From Bacteroidales bacterium (GTDB lineage: Bacteria > Bacteroidota > Bacteroidia > Bacteroidales > Muribaculaceae): a DNA stretch of 64,000 nucleotides. This document shows positions 9,647 through 17,757 of this stretch, one piece after another. The stretch lies in the NCBI GenBank assembly GCA_900768685.1, contig CAAGDX010000014.1, forward strand, positions 2,399 through 66,398. Direction: 5' to 3'. Under the pieces are notes generated by a model that ran no database searches, was not told the DNA's origin, and saw only the letters and a program-made list of their open reading frames with translations. A program made the translations under genes and the position numbers. Every line of letters starts with the position of its first letter. Position 1 is the first letter of the stretch.

Positions 9647-9697
9647 ATATTATTGCGAAATTTGCAGTGTTATTCACAACTATAGTAGAGAAAAGCG

Positions 9698-12100
9698 ATG
9701 ACACTTGATGAACTGAAAACGGGTGAAAGTGCGATAATACTGAAAATTCGCGGTTATGGTGCTTTCCGTAAGCGAGTTACGGAAATGGGATTTATTCGAG
9801 GCAGAAGGATAGATGCCATTCAGGCTGCTCCTACTCATGACCCGGTGAAATACTCCATTATGGGCTATGAGGTTTTGCTCCGCCACGCAGAAGCAAAATA
9901 TATTGAAATTATTCCATGCAGTAAAGACTGCAAAGTTACTTTTGATTCGGTACGTTTTTCCGAAGACTTCACGGATGAGGTTTCACGACGTTATGCAGGC
10001 GAAAGTCACACAATAAATGTGGCACTCCTGGGAAATCCTAATAGTGGCAAGACTTCCCTGTTTAATTCCATTTCCGGTGCGAAAGGCTCTGTGGCAAACT
10101 ATGCAGGAGTGACGGTGGAGGCTGCCAAACAGTCTTTTACTTATTCCGGCTATACATTTAATTTTATTGACTTGCCCGGAACATATTCCCTTTCAACTTC
10201 TTCTCACGAAGACCTGTTTGTACGCCGTTTTCTGCAAAATGAGTGTCCTGACGTGATTCTGAATGTGGTGGATGCGTCTAACATTGAGCGAAATCTTTTC
10301 CTCACAACGGAACTGATTGATATGGACCGCCCGATGGTGATTGCCCTGAATATGTTCGACGAGTTGGAAAAGACCGGTGCGGTGTTTGACTACGACAGCC
10401 TCGGCAAGATGATAGGTGTGCCTATGGTGCCTACTGTGTCAAAAGACGGGGAGGGCAAGAATGAACTGCTTGACACACTGATAAATACATACGAGCAACA
10501 CGATAAACGTGTAAGGCATATCCATGTTCGCCTTAATGCGGATATTGAGCGTGCCGTGGGGCTGCTGAAAGATATAATTAAGGGAGATGGCACTATTGAG
10601 CGGCATTTTTCTCCACGCTACCTGGCTATCAAACTCCTTGAGGGAGACAGCGAGGTGCAAAATATCCTCGCTGATTGTGATTCATACGGCGAACTGATTA
10701 AGATTCGTGATGAGCAGGTGGCGGAAATTTTGGAGATTCACCCGCAAGAAGATATTGCCACGATTGTGGCTAATGAAAAATACGGATTTATAGCCGGTGC
10801 ACTTGCAGAGACTTTTCACCGTGCCAAAGGTGAAAGCGAAGACAAAACAAAGGCTATAGATGCTATTGTCACAAACCGTCTGATAGGCTTTCCGATATTT
10901 TTTGCGGTGATGTTCGTGATGTTTTGGGCTACCTTCTCGCTTGGTGCATATCCTCAAGACTGGATAGAATCCGGAGTGAACTTTATTTCAAACATAATCC
11001 GCGAATATATGCCGGAAGGCGTACTCAAAGACCTTGTTTGCGATGGAATTATAGGTGGAGTGGGAGGTGTGATAATCTTCCTGCCAAACATATTGATACT
11101 ATATTTCTTCATTTCGCTTATGGAGGACTCCGGCTATATGTCTCGAGCGGCATTTATTATGGACAGCACGATGCACAAACTGGGACTTCACGGCAAATCA
11201 TTTATTCCGCTCGTTATGGGCTTCGGATGTAATGTCCCTGCGGTTATGGCGTCCGGTGCAATAGAAAGTCGTACGAGCCGCATAATTACGATTCTCATCA
11301 ATCCGTTTATGTCTTGCTCTGCACGTCTGCCGGTGTATGTACTGCTGATTGGCATTTTCTTCAGTGAACATGCGGCACTGATGTTTTTCGGTATTTATGC
11401 TCTTGGCATTATGGCTGCTATTTTTTCCGCACGATTACTGAGAAGATTCTGGTACAACGATGAGGAAACACCGTTCGTAATGGAACTTCCGCCATATCGT
11501 ATGCCGACACTTAAGTCATGTCTCCGACACATGTGGGGCAAGGGTCGTGAATACCTTAAAAAGATAGCGGGAGTAATACTTTTTGCAAGTATCGTTATTT
11601 GGACACTGAATTATTTCCCGAATCACGATGTGGAGCCGCTTACAGAAGAGCAAATGGCAACTATTGATGAGTCTGAGATAGATCCCGAGCGTGACTCATA
11701 TCTGGAAATGATAGGCAAGGCGATAAATCCTGTGCTCAGTCCGCTTGGTTTCTCATGGCGTACGTCTGTGGCAGTGATTACGGGTTTGCCGGCAAAGGAA
11801 ATTACCGTTTCCACACTTGGCGTGCTTTACACCGGCGACAGTGAGGCGGAGCAAGCCACACTTAAGGAACGACTTTCCTCACCGTCGCCTATCACGGGTA
11901 AACCGGACTTTGATAAGGCGTCTGCATTGTCACTAATGGTGTTTGTACTTCTATACACTCCGTGTTTTGCTACATTGGCAGCTATAGTGAAGGAGTGTGG
12001 CTCATGGAAGTACGGTGCGTTTTCTGCGGCATACAATACTACGCTGGCATGGGTAGCAGCATTTGCAGTATATCGCATAGCACTTTTGTTTATTGCATAG
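9698..12100 (+). CDS. feoB: Ferrous iron transporter, FeoA-FeoB fusion
   Basis: The N-terminal ~75 aa are FeoA-like (LDELKTGESAIILKI...). They are followed by the FeoB G-domain (VALLGNPNSGKTSLFN, DLPGTYSL) and a polytopic membrane domain. Confidence 0.92.
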   Translation: MTLDELKTGESAIILKIRGYGAFRKRVTEMGFIRGRRIDAIQAAPTHDPVKYSIMGYEVLLRHAEAKYIEIIPCSKDCKVTFDSVRFSEDFTDEVSRRYAGESHTINVALLGNPNSGKTSLFNSISGAKGSVANYAGVTVEAAKQSFTYSGYTFNFIDLPGTYSLSTSSHEDLFVRRFLQNECPDVILNVVDASNIERNLFLTTELIDMDRPMVIALNMFDELEKTGAVFDYDSLGKMIGVPMVPTVSKDGEGKNELLDTLINTYEQHDKRVRHIHVRLNADIERAVGLLKDIIKGDGTIERHFSPRYLAIKLLEGDSEVQNILADCDSYGELIKIRDEQVAEILEIHPQEDIATIVANEKYGFIAGALAETFHRAKGESEDKTKAIDAIVTNRLIGFPIFFAVMFVMFWATFSLGAYPQDWIESGVNFISNIIREYMPEGVLKDLVCDGIIGGVGGVIIFLPNILILYFFISLMEDSGYMSRAAFIMDSTMHKLGLHGKSFIPLVMGFGCNVPAVMASGAIESRTSRIITILINPFMSCSARLPVYVLLIGIFFSEHAALMFFGIYALGIMAAIFSARLLRRFWYNDEETPFVMELPPYRMPTLKSCLRHMWGKGREYLKKIAGVILFASIVIWTLNYFPNHDVEPLTEEQMATIDESEIDPERDSYLEMIGKAINPVLSPLGFSWRTSVAVITGLPAKEITVSTLGVLYTGDSEAEQATLKERLSSPSPITGKPDFDKASALSLMVFVLLYTPCFATLAAIVKECGSWKYGAFSAAYNTTLAWVAAFAVYRIALLFIA

Positions 12101-12168
12101 CATTGGATTTTTCTGAAAATTTAAAGGTTTTAGGGCGAAAATATTTCTCTTAAAATTTGTATATCATT

Positions 12169-12203
12169 AAGGACAGAAAATTATCATCTGTCCTTATTTT
12201 TTT
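12169..12203 (+). terminator. Rho-independent terminator after feoAB
   Basis: Stem AAGGACAGA (12169-12177) pairs with TCTGTCCTT (12187-12195) around a 9-nt loop, followed by A + T7. Confidence 0.75.
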
Positions 12204-12216
12204 GTAAAAAAACGCT

Positions 12217-12289
12217 TGTCAAAAACGGACAAAATAGCATTTTAGGGGTATTTTGTCCGATTTTGTCAAACTTTTGTCCGTTTCTGTCA
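12217..12289. repeat. Three copies of an ~18-nt motif TTTTGTCCGnTTnTGnCA (one inverted, two direct); putative regulator binding array
   Basis: Copy A is TGTCAAAAACGGACAAAA (12217-12234, inverted orientation). Copy B is TTTTGTCCGATTTTGTCA (12251-12268). Copy C is TTTTGTCCGTTTCTGTCA (12272-12289). B and C start 21 nt apart, and the array lies directly upstream of the -7 motif at 12313. Confidence 0.5.
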
Positions 12290-12312
12290 TATAAAATTTG
12301 TGTAAGAACGTT

Positions 12313-12320
12313 AATTTTGC
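12313..12320 (+). promoter_or_regulatory. Bacteroidetes -7 promoter motif TAATTTTG upstream of the DUF1573 gene
   Basis: Exact TAnnTTTG, 39 nt upstream of the ATG at 12359. Confidence 0.5.
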
Positions 12321-12358
12321 AACGTAATAATACGCTTAAACGCATTTGCCGTTTAACT

Positions 12359-12784
12359 ATGAATATAATTGTGTTTTATAAAAGGCTTATTGCTTTAGTG
12401 TTTCTGTTGTTCACTGTTGCATCTGTATCCTCCCAAAGTGAAATAGGGTGGATAGGTGGAACGGTTTTTGAGTTTGGAGAAATACGTGAAGCAGATGGTG
12501 AAATCCGGCATTGTTTCCGGTTTCGCAACAATGGCGAAGAACCTTTCAGCATTATTCGCATAAGCACAAGTTGCGGTTGCACGAATGTGGATTACACACG
12601 AACCCTTATTGAACCCGGTGACACAGCAAAAATAGACGTTACATTTAATCCCGCAGGACGTGACGGAAAATTCCGCTCTCGCCTTGCAGTATATACGGAT
12701 TCTCCGGACGGCATGAACAGTCTTTTCCTCAAAGGATATGTAATACCGTTGGAAAAACCGGATAGCACCTTGGTTCAGGAATAG
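12359..12784 (+). CDS. DUF1573 domain protein (secreted, ASH/PapD-like Ig fold)
   Basis: Signal peptide MNIIVFYKRLIALVFLLFTVASVSSQ. FEFGEIREADGEIRHCFRFRNNGEEPFSIIRISTSCGCTNVDY...GDTAKIDVTFNP is the typical DUF1573 pattern, including the sCGCT motif. The start was moved from the ORF-track 12263 to the ATG that precedes the signal peptide and follows the promoter motif. Confidence 0.75.
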   Translation: MNIIVFYKRLIALVFLLFTVASVSSQSEIGWIGGTVFEFGEIREADGEIRHCFRFRNNGEEPFSIIRISTSCGCTNVDYTRTLIEPGDTAKIDVTFNPAGRDGKFRSRLAVYTDSPDGMNSLFLKGYVIPLEKPDSTLVQE

Positions 12785-12908
12785 CGTAGAGGTTTGGGGA
12801 AAGTGAAGCGGATATTAAGTCATAAAATGTGGCATAAATATAGAATACTTAACAAACAGCATAAAACAATTAATTATCTCAAATATTAACTCTAAAAACA
12901 GTGTTAAA

Positions 12909-15836
12909 ATGAAAAAACTTTTATCATTTTTCTTGATGACTGTCATTTCAACTGCCACAATGTTTGCAGCAAGAAACTGGACTTCTGTCGAGTATCAGAA
13001 CCAGGCTGTTGCATACGTAGCACTCGTTGATGGTGACGGAAATCCGATTAGTGTGGGAGAAAACACTACTCTCGGTGCCTTCATTGGTGATGAGTGCCGT
13101 GGTATTGCAGAAATCTCCACAGTAGGGACAACCACTGCTTCCTCACTGTTCACCCTCCGTATTGGTGTGAATCCTGATGAAGGAACGCAGAATGTAACCC
13201 TCGTTGTTAAATGTTACGAAACGGAATACACTCTTTCAAGTGCTATTACCGTAGATGGCACGGACCAGACATTCGGTGAGCCGTCAACACCTCTTACTCG
13301 TACATTTATTGCTGCTACTACTCTCAGCCTTCCGGAAACACTGGAAGTAAATGTGGGCGGTACTGTCAATCTTTTGGACAATCTTACCATCACTCCGTCT
13401 AATGCCAATCTTCCTGATGAGATTGTATGGGAATACGGAAACAGTAAGGATTATATCAAGGTTGAAAACAATGTCCTCACAGGTCTCAAGGCTAACCGGA
13501 CAGGTGCATACCTTGGTGTAAGTTTCGGAGCACCTAACAGCAGTGTACCAAGTGCTAATACAAATGTAATTGTAAATCAGCCTATTACAGGTATTACACT
13601 CAATCCGAATTACCCGGAGGCTACTATTCACGTTGACATCTACGATTCAGAAACCCTCACAAATGCATTGCAGTCAATAATTGTGATTACTCCGGACGAT
13701 GCTACGGAAACTGTAGTTTGGGTTCCTTCTGATGAAACTGCATTTGAAGTAAATTCAACAGTGACTAACGGTTGGACGCCGGTAAAAGCAGGTACATTTA
13801 CTATGACAGCAACTGCAGTTGGTGGTGCAAAATTTGCTGTGACTGTGATTGTTCGCCAGCCGGTAGAAAAATACGCACAGTTTTATGAAATACTCACAGT
13901 GACTGTAGGTACAGTGGTTTCAGACCTTTTGCCACATACCTTTGCACTCTTCCCGGAAACAGCAACAGACCCGATGTCAGGTATCAGTTATGCCGTATCT
14001 GGCACAGATGACCAAGGCAATGATGTCCTTTCCATGACGGAAGGCGTTATCACAGCAGAATATGTTGGTAGTGCAACGGTTACGGTTACTCACTCGGATA
14101 TTCCTAATATGCCGTGGACAGTATCTGTCAATGTAGTGAAACTGCCTACAGAAGCAGACTTCTCTATCAGCCAAGATCCACTCGTGATTGAAGTGGCACA
14201 AGATCTCCTTGGTACACTTGATATTACATCAAATATTCAAGGCAATATCAAGACAGGTGAATATGCTTTTGATGCACTTGTTTGGGCGGAAAACTATGGT
14301 GAAGGAACACCGGTGCTTACTATAAACGGTAACGGAAGTACGGCAGCATATCAGTTTATCGCTGCTGCATACGGCACAAGCCGCATTGAAGGTACTATCA
14401 CAACTCTCCTCAGCGGTTTTGACGGCAAAGGCAATTTCAGCAATGCAATTCCAAACGTATTCACAACAGGCTTCGGCATCCAAATCACACAGGCTCTCTC
14501 TGCAATTTCATTCAATCCAATCACAATCGGTTGCGAAGACACATACGAACTCGTAATCACCACAACTCCGGAAAATTATCCTCTCGCAGACGTTCAATTC
14601 ACAATTCCGACTGCAGTTGAAGATGAAGATGCACCGTATTTTACTCTTACTCGCATAGGAAATGAAAACAAGTGGACATTAGAGCCAAAACTCGTTGGTG
14701 AGTCTCGTTTGACTGCAACTGTAGGCAATCTTAGTGATACTCAACCCGTTAAGATAACTCAACGTGTAAACCTTGGCGAAGGTTGGAATTGGCTTTCACT
14801 CTATTCCGGTACGGAAAGTGCAGATGCCTTTCGCACAAACTATGCTAATGCTCAGGAAGTACGTTCACAGACACAATTAATGTACAATGACCCGAATTTC
14901 GGCTTCTTCGGCTCTCTCGTTTCACTTGACAATTCTTCATTCTATCGTGTTAAAGTGAAAGAAGGACAAACTGTTGCTTATTTGGCTGAAAACACGGATC
15001 TTTTCTCAAACGAGAGCAAAGAAGTTTCATTCAAAGCAGGATGGACATGGTTCAGCAACCGCTATTGCAAGAATCGCAACTTCCAAGAAGTATTTGGAAA
15101 AGTGATTCTTCCGGCAAACAGTTACGTTATTGCTCAAACCGGATTTATGACATTTGACTCTGAATCAAGTACATGGGTTGGTACTCTCAAATCACTCAAT
15201 GCAGGTGAAGGTTACATTGTTTACAATGCAGGCGATGCTGCTGCTAACGTATTATTTATGCCGGACAGATATCTCACTGAATATCAAGCACCTGAATCAG
15301 GCAATTCATTTGACATCTACAGCGAAACGCCGGATTTCAACTACAATCCAAATCAGTTTGCTGAAAATATGTGTATTGTCGCTGAATTTGCAGGCGACCT
15401 TGAACCGAATCGTTATGCTATCGGTGCATTCGTAGATGGTGAATGTCGCGGTGAAGGCAAGATGATTGGTAACCGTTTCTTCATCACTGTTGCCGGTCAG
15501 CCTCAAGACGTTGTAAACTTTGAACTCTTTGACCGTGCTACAGGCAACTATATTACAGTTGATAACAGCGTGAACTTCACAAAACTCCTCGGTACTCTTT
15601 CCGAACCTGCAATCCTCAAAGCAGAAGTTACAGGCGTGGATATGATTTCAAAAGATGGCTCTGTGAATATCGGTGTTGAAAACGGCAATATTGTAGTTGA
15701 CGGTGCAGAAGCAGAAAACGTAAAAGTTTATACCGTTTCAGGTCAGCAGGTATCAGGTGAAAACCTTGCAAGCGGCGTTTATGTGGTGAAAGTTGCTACT
15801 GAAAACGGCGTTATCACTCGCAAGATTGTGAAATAA
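12909..15836 (+). CDS. 975-aa secreted protein with Ig-like (Big_2-type) repeats and a T9SS C-terminal sorting domain
   Basis: Signal peptide MKKLLSFFLMTVISTATMFA. Big_2-like segments are present (e.g. LEVNVGGTVNLLDNLTITPSNANLPDEIVWEYGNSKDYIKVENNVLTGLKANRTGAY). The C-terminus VKVYTVSGQQVSGENLASGVYVVKVATENGVITRKIVK is typical of a Por/T9SS CTD. Confidence 0.8.
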   Translation: MKKLLSFFLMTVISTATMFAARNWTSVEYQNQAVAYVALVDGDGNPISVGENTTLGAFIGDECRGIAEISTVGTTTASSLFTLRIGVNPDEGTQNVTLVVKCYETEYTLSSAITVDGTDQTFGEPSTPLTRTFIAATTLSLPETLEVNVGGTVNLLDNLTITPSNANLPDEIVWEYGNSKDYIKVENNVLTGLKANRTGAYLGVSFGAPNSSVPSANTNVIVNQPITGITLNPNYPEATIHVDIYDSETLTNALQSIIVITPDDATETVVWVPSDETAFEVNSTVTNGWTPVKAGTFTMTATAVGGAKFAVTVIVRQPVEKYAQFYEILTVTVGTVVSDLLPHTFALFPETATDPMSGISYAVSGTDDQGNDVLSMTEGVITAEYVGSATVTVTHSDIPNMPWTVSVNVVKLPTEADFSISQDPLVIEVAQDLLGTLDITSNIQGNIKTGEYAFDALVWAENYGEGTPVLTINGNGSTAAYQFIAAAYGTSRIEGTITTLLSGFDGKGNFSNAIPNVFTTGFGIQITQALSAISFNPITIGCEDTYELVITTTPENYPLADVQFTIPTAVEDEDAPYFTLTRIGNENKWTLEPKLVGESRLTATVGNLSDTQPVKITQRVNLGEGWNWLSLYSGTESADAFRTNYANAQEVRSQTQLMYNDPNFGFFGSLVSLDNSSFYRVKVKEGQTVAYLAENTDLFSNESKEVSFKAGWTWFSNRYCKNRNFQEVFGKVILPANSYVIAQTGFMTFDSESSTWVGTLKSLNAGEGYIVYNAGDAAANVLFMPDRYLTEYQAPESGNSFDIYSETPDFNYNPNQFAENMCIVAEFAGDLEPNRYAIGAFVDGECRGEGKMIGNRFFITVAGQPQDVVNFELFDRATGNYITVDNSVNFTKLLGTLSEPAILKAEVTGVDMISKDGSVNIGVENGNIVVDGAEAENVKVYTVSGQQVSGENLASGVYVVKVATENGVITRKIVK

Positions 15837-16005
15837 TCACGAAGAATCTCTCGGAGCAAACATAGTGAACTCCGATAAGTAACATATATGATGAGAATAG
15901 TCGGGGCGGTTTATCCGCGTTTAACTATGAATTTTTTGGAACACCGTTCCGACTTTTCTCTTTTTTCAAAATCCGTTTACACACTATTAGATATAACAGC
16001 ACTAA

Positions 16006-17757
16006 ATGAGAATCAATAATCCCCAACTGTCCGCAATGTTCACTCGCAGGCTGAGGCAGGTTGCAGTTTCTGCAGCTTGTGCTTTTGGCATTATTGGGGC
16101 ATCGGCACAGGATATATCTCAGATAGGAAAAAGCGACCCGCTGATAATAACAGGTTCAATAGGAACGCAAAACACGTATTATCACACGTCAATGGGAGCC
16201 GGCTATATGTCACCCTTGAGCAACAGCGTATATGCGAACCTTAACATCCGTATTTACGGTTTTTCCATGCCGTTCTCGTTTTATTACACAAATAATAACA
16301 CGAGTTTCAGCTATCCGCAATTTTCATTTAATATTTCTCCGAGTTATAAAGACTTTACGGCACACATCGGACAGTCCTCAATGCCTTTCAGCACATACGT
16401 GATGAATATGTCGTTTAACGGTGTGGGACTGGAATACAAAGGTAAAAAATTCCGCACTTCCGCTTTTTACGGTGTGCTGAAGAGTGCTGTGAACGATAAT
16501 CCGGAGGACCCGAACCCGCGTAAACCGCAATATCGTCGCATTGGCTGGGGATTCAGTGCAGGCTATGGCAGCGGACGCAAGAGCATAGACGTCTATTTCC
16601 TCCGTGCTTACGACCAGGAAAGCTCTATCAATGAACTTTACAGAGAAACCTATCGCCCGCAGGAAAACCTTGTTGTGGGTGTCAAAGGTTCTTACGCAAT
16701 AAAAAATTTCCTCTCTTTCCATGTTAATGCAGCCACTTCCGCTTTTACGGCAGATACGGAGTCACAAAAAGTGACTGTGGGACAGGCTACTAAGTACGAT
16801 GGCATTTTTCAGCCGCGATACACAACTATACTCCGTTTTGCAGGCGATGCTTCTCTCGCATTCACCACGAAATGGTTTAACACATCTCTATATTACAAAA
16901 TAATCCAACCGGACTACACTTCGCTTGGAACATACTATACATCTAACAACTATCACAGTTTAGGTGCTACTTTCGGCACAACGCTTTTCAAACGCATTAC
17001 ACTCAGTGCCAATTTCTCCCTTCAGAAAGATAACCTTACAAAAAAACAATTATATACCACAAAAGGCTACGTCTATTCCGGCATGGCAGGCTTCCGCATT
17101 ACGGACAATTTTAACGTCAATGCCATGTACAACGGGTATCTGCAGGACCAGGCAGACGGTACGGTGGTGCTGAACGATACAGTTCGCGTTCACCGTATTC
17201 TTCACAGTGTCAGCCTTTTGCCTTCAATAGTTTTTCAACGCACTAACCTTGACCATTCATTCAGCCTTTCCGGTAACTACACTACGAACAAGGACTTGAA
17301 CATTTTCTCTATAGGGATGTCAGACGTAAAAACACTTGCACTCGGTGCATCTTATACTCTGAACGTAAAACCTTGGGATACAAACTTCTCGTTTAACTAT
17401 AGTCACCAGCAGTCCGAAGGCTTTGAAACAACATATCTTTCAGACGTGGGCTCGTTCACAACCGGACGCAGTTTCCTCAAAGACAATAACCTTTCCACTT
17501 CCGCCACCGTTTCCATTTGCTACAATGAGGTGAAAAAGACTTCCAAAAACCTCTCTATGGCACTGGACCTGAGTGCAAACTACACGCTGAAGAAAGCACA
17601 CTCTTTCAGTTTTTCCGCATCTTTCAGCAAGTACGGCGACGTGAACCTTACCAAGACCAAATCATCGCTTGACGGAACGGATATCCGCTTGACGATGAAC
17701 TACGTATATACATTTACACTTCTTGAAATCAAACGTAAAGCAAAGGAGAAAAAATGA
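16006..17757 (+). CDS. 583-aa predicted outer-membrane beta-barrel protein (family not recognised)
   Basis: Signal-like N-terminus (...VAVSAACAFGIIGASAQD; an alternative ATG lies at 16036). The whole length is rich in alternating aromatic/polar beta-strand patterns (SFSYPQFSFNISPSY, NFSFNYSHQQS, DIRLTMNYVYTF). The stop overlaps the next start (ATGA at 17754-17757). Confidence 0.6.
   Translation: MRINNPQLSAMFTRRLRQVAVSAACAFGIIGASAQDISQIGKSDPLIITGSIGTQNTYYHTSMGAGYMSPLSNSVYANLNIRIYGFSMPFSFYYTNNNTSFSYPQFSFNISPSYKDFTAHIGQSSMPFSTYVMNMSFNGVGLEYKGKKFRTSAFYGVLKSAVNDNPEDPNPRKPQYRRIGWGFSAGYGSGRKSIDVYFLRAYDQESSINELYRETYRPQENLVVGVKGSYAIKNFLSFHVNAATSAFTADTESQKVTVGQATKYDGIFQPRYTTILRFAGDASLAFTTKWFNTSLYYKIIQPDYTSLGTYYTSNNYHSLGATFGTTLFKRITLSANFSLQKDNLTKKQLYTTKGYVYSGMAGFRITDNFNVNAMYNGYLQDQADGTVVLNDTVRVHRILHSVSLLPSIVFQRTNLDHSFSLSGNYTTNKDLNIFSIGMSDVKTLALGASYTLNVKPWDTNFSFNYSHQQSEGFETTYLSDVGSFTTGRSFLKDNNLSTSATVSICYNEVKKTSKNLSMALDLSANYTLKKAHSFSFSASFSKYGDVNLTKTKSSLDGTDIRLTMNYVYTFTLLEIKRKAKEKK

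Noticed and set aside
2023-9697. The low-GC island as an integrative mobile element or prophage remnant.
   Set aside because: I found no integrase, recombinase, transposase, tRNA target or flanking direct repeats by eye. I therefore describe it only as a compositionally foreign island.
12263-12358. An upstream extension of the DUF1573 ORF (non-ATG start).
   Set aside because: It would run through the repeat array and the TAATTTTG promoter motif. The signal peptide starts at the ATG at 12359.
15837-16005. Nested short inverted repeats (TCGGAG/CTCCGA, AGTCGG...CCGACT, GCGG/CCGC) between the T9SS cargo gene and the barrel gene, considered as a terminator or riboswitch-like leader.
   Set aside because: The stems are only 4-6 bp with long loops, and no clean T-run follows a stable hairpin. 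There is not enough evidence for a terminator or a structured RNA.
16006-17757. The 583-aa barrel as an Omp85/TpsB (FhaC-like) transporter of a two-partner secretion system.
   Set aside because: No POTRA-like N-terminal region or VRGY/F loop-6 motif is visible, and the downstream giant protein lacks a TPS domain (NPNL/NPNGI).
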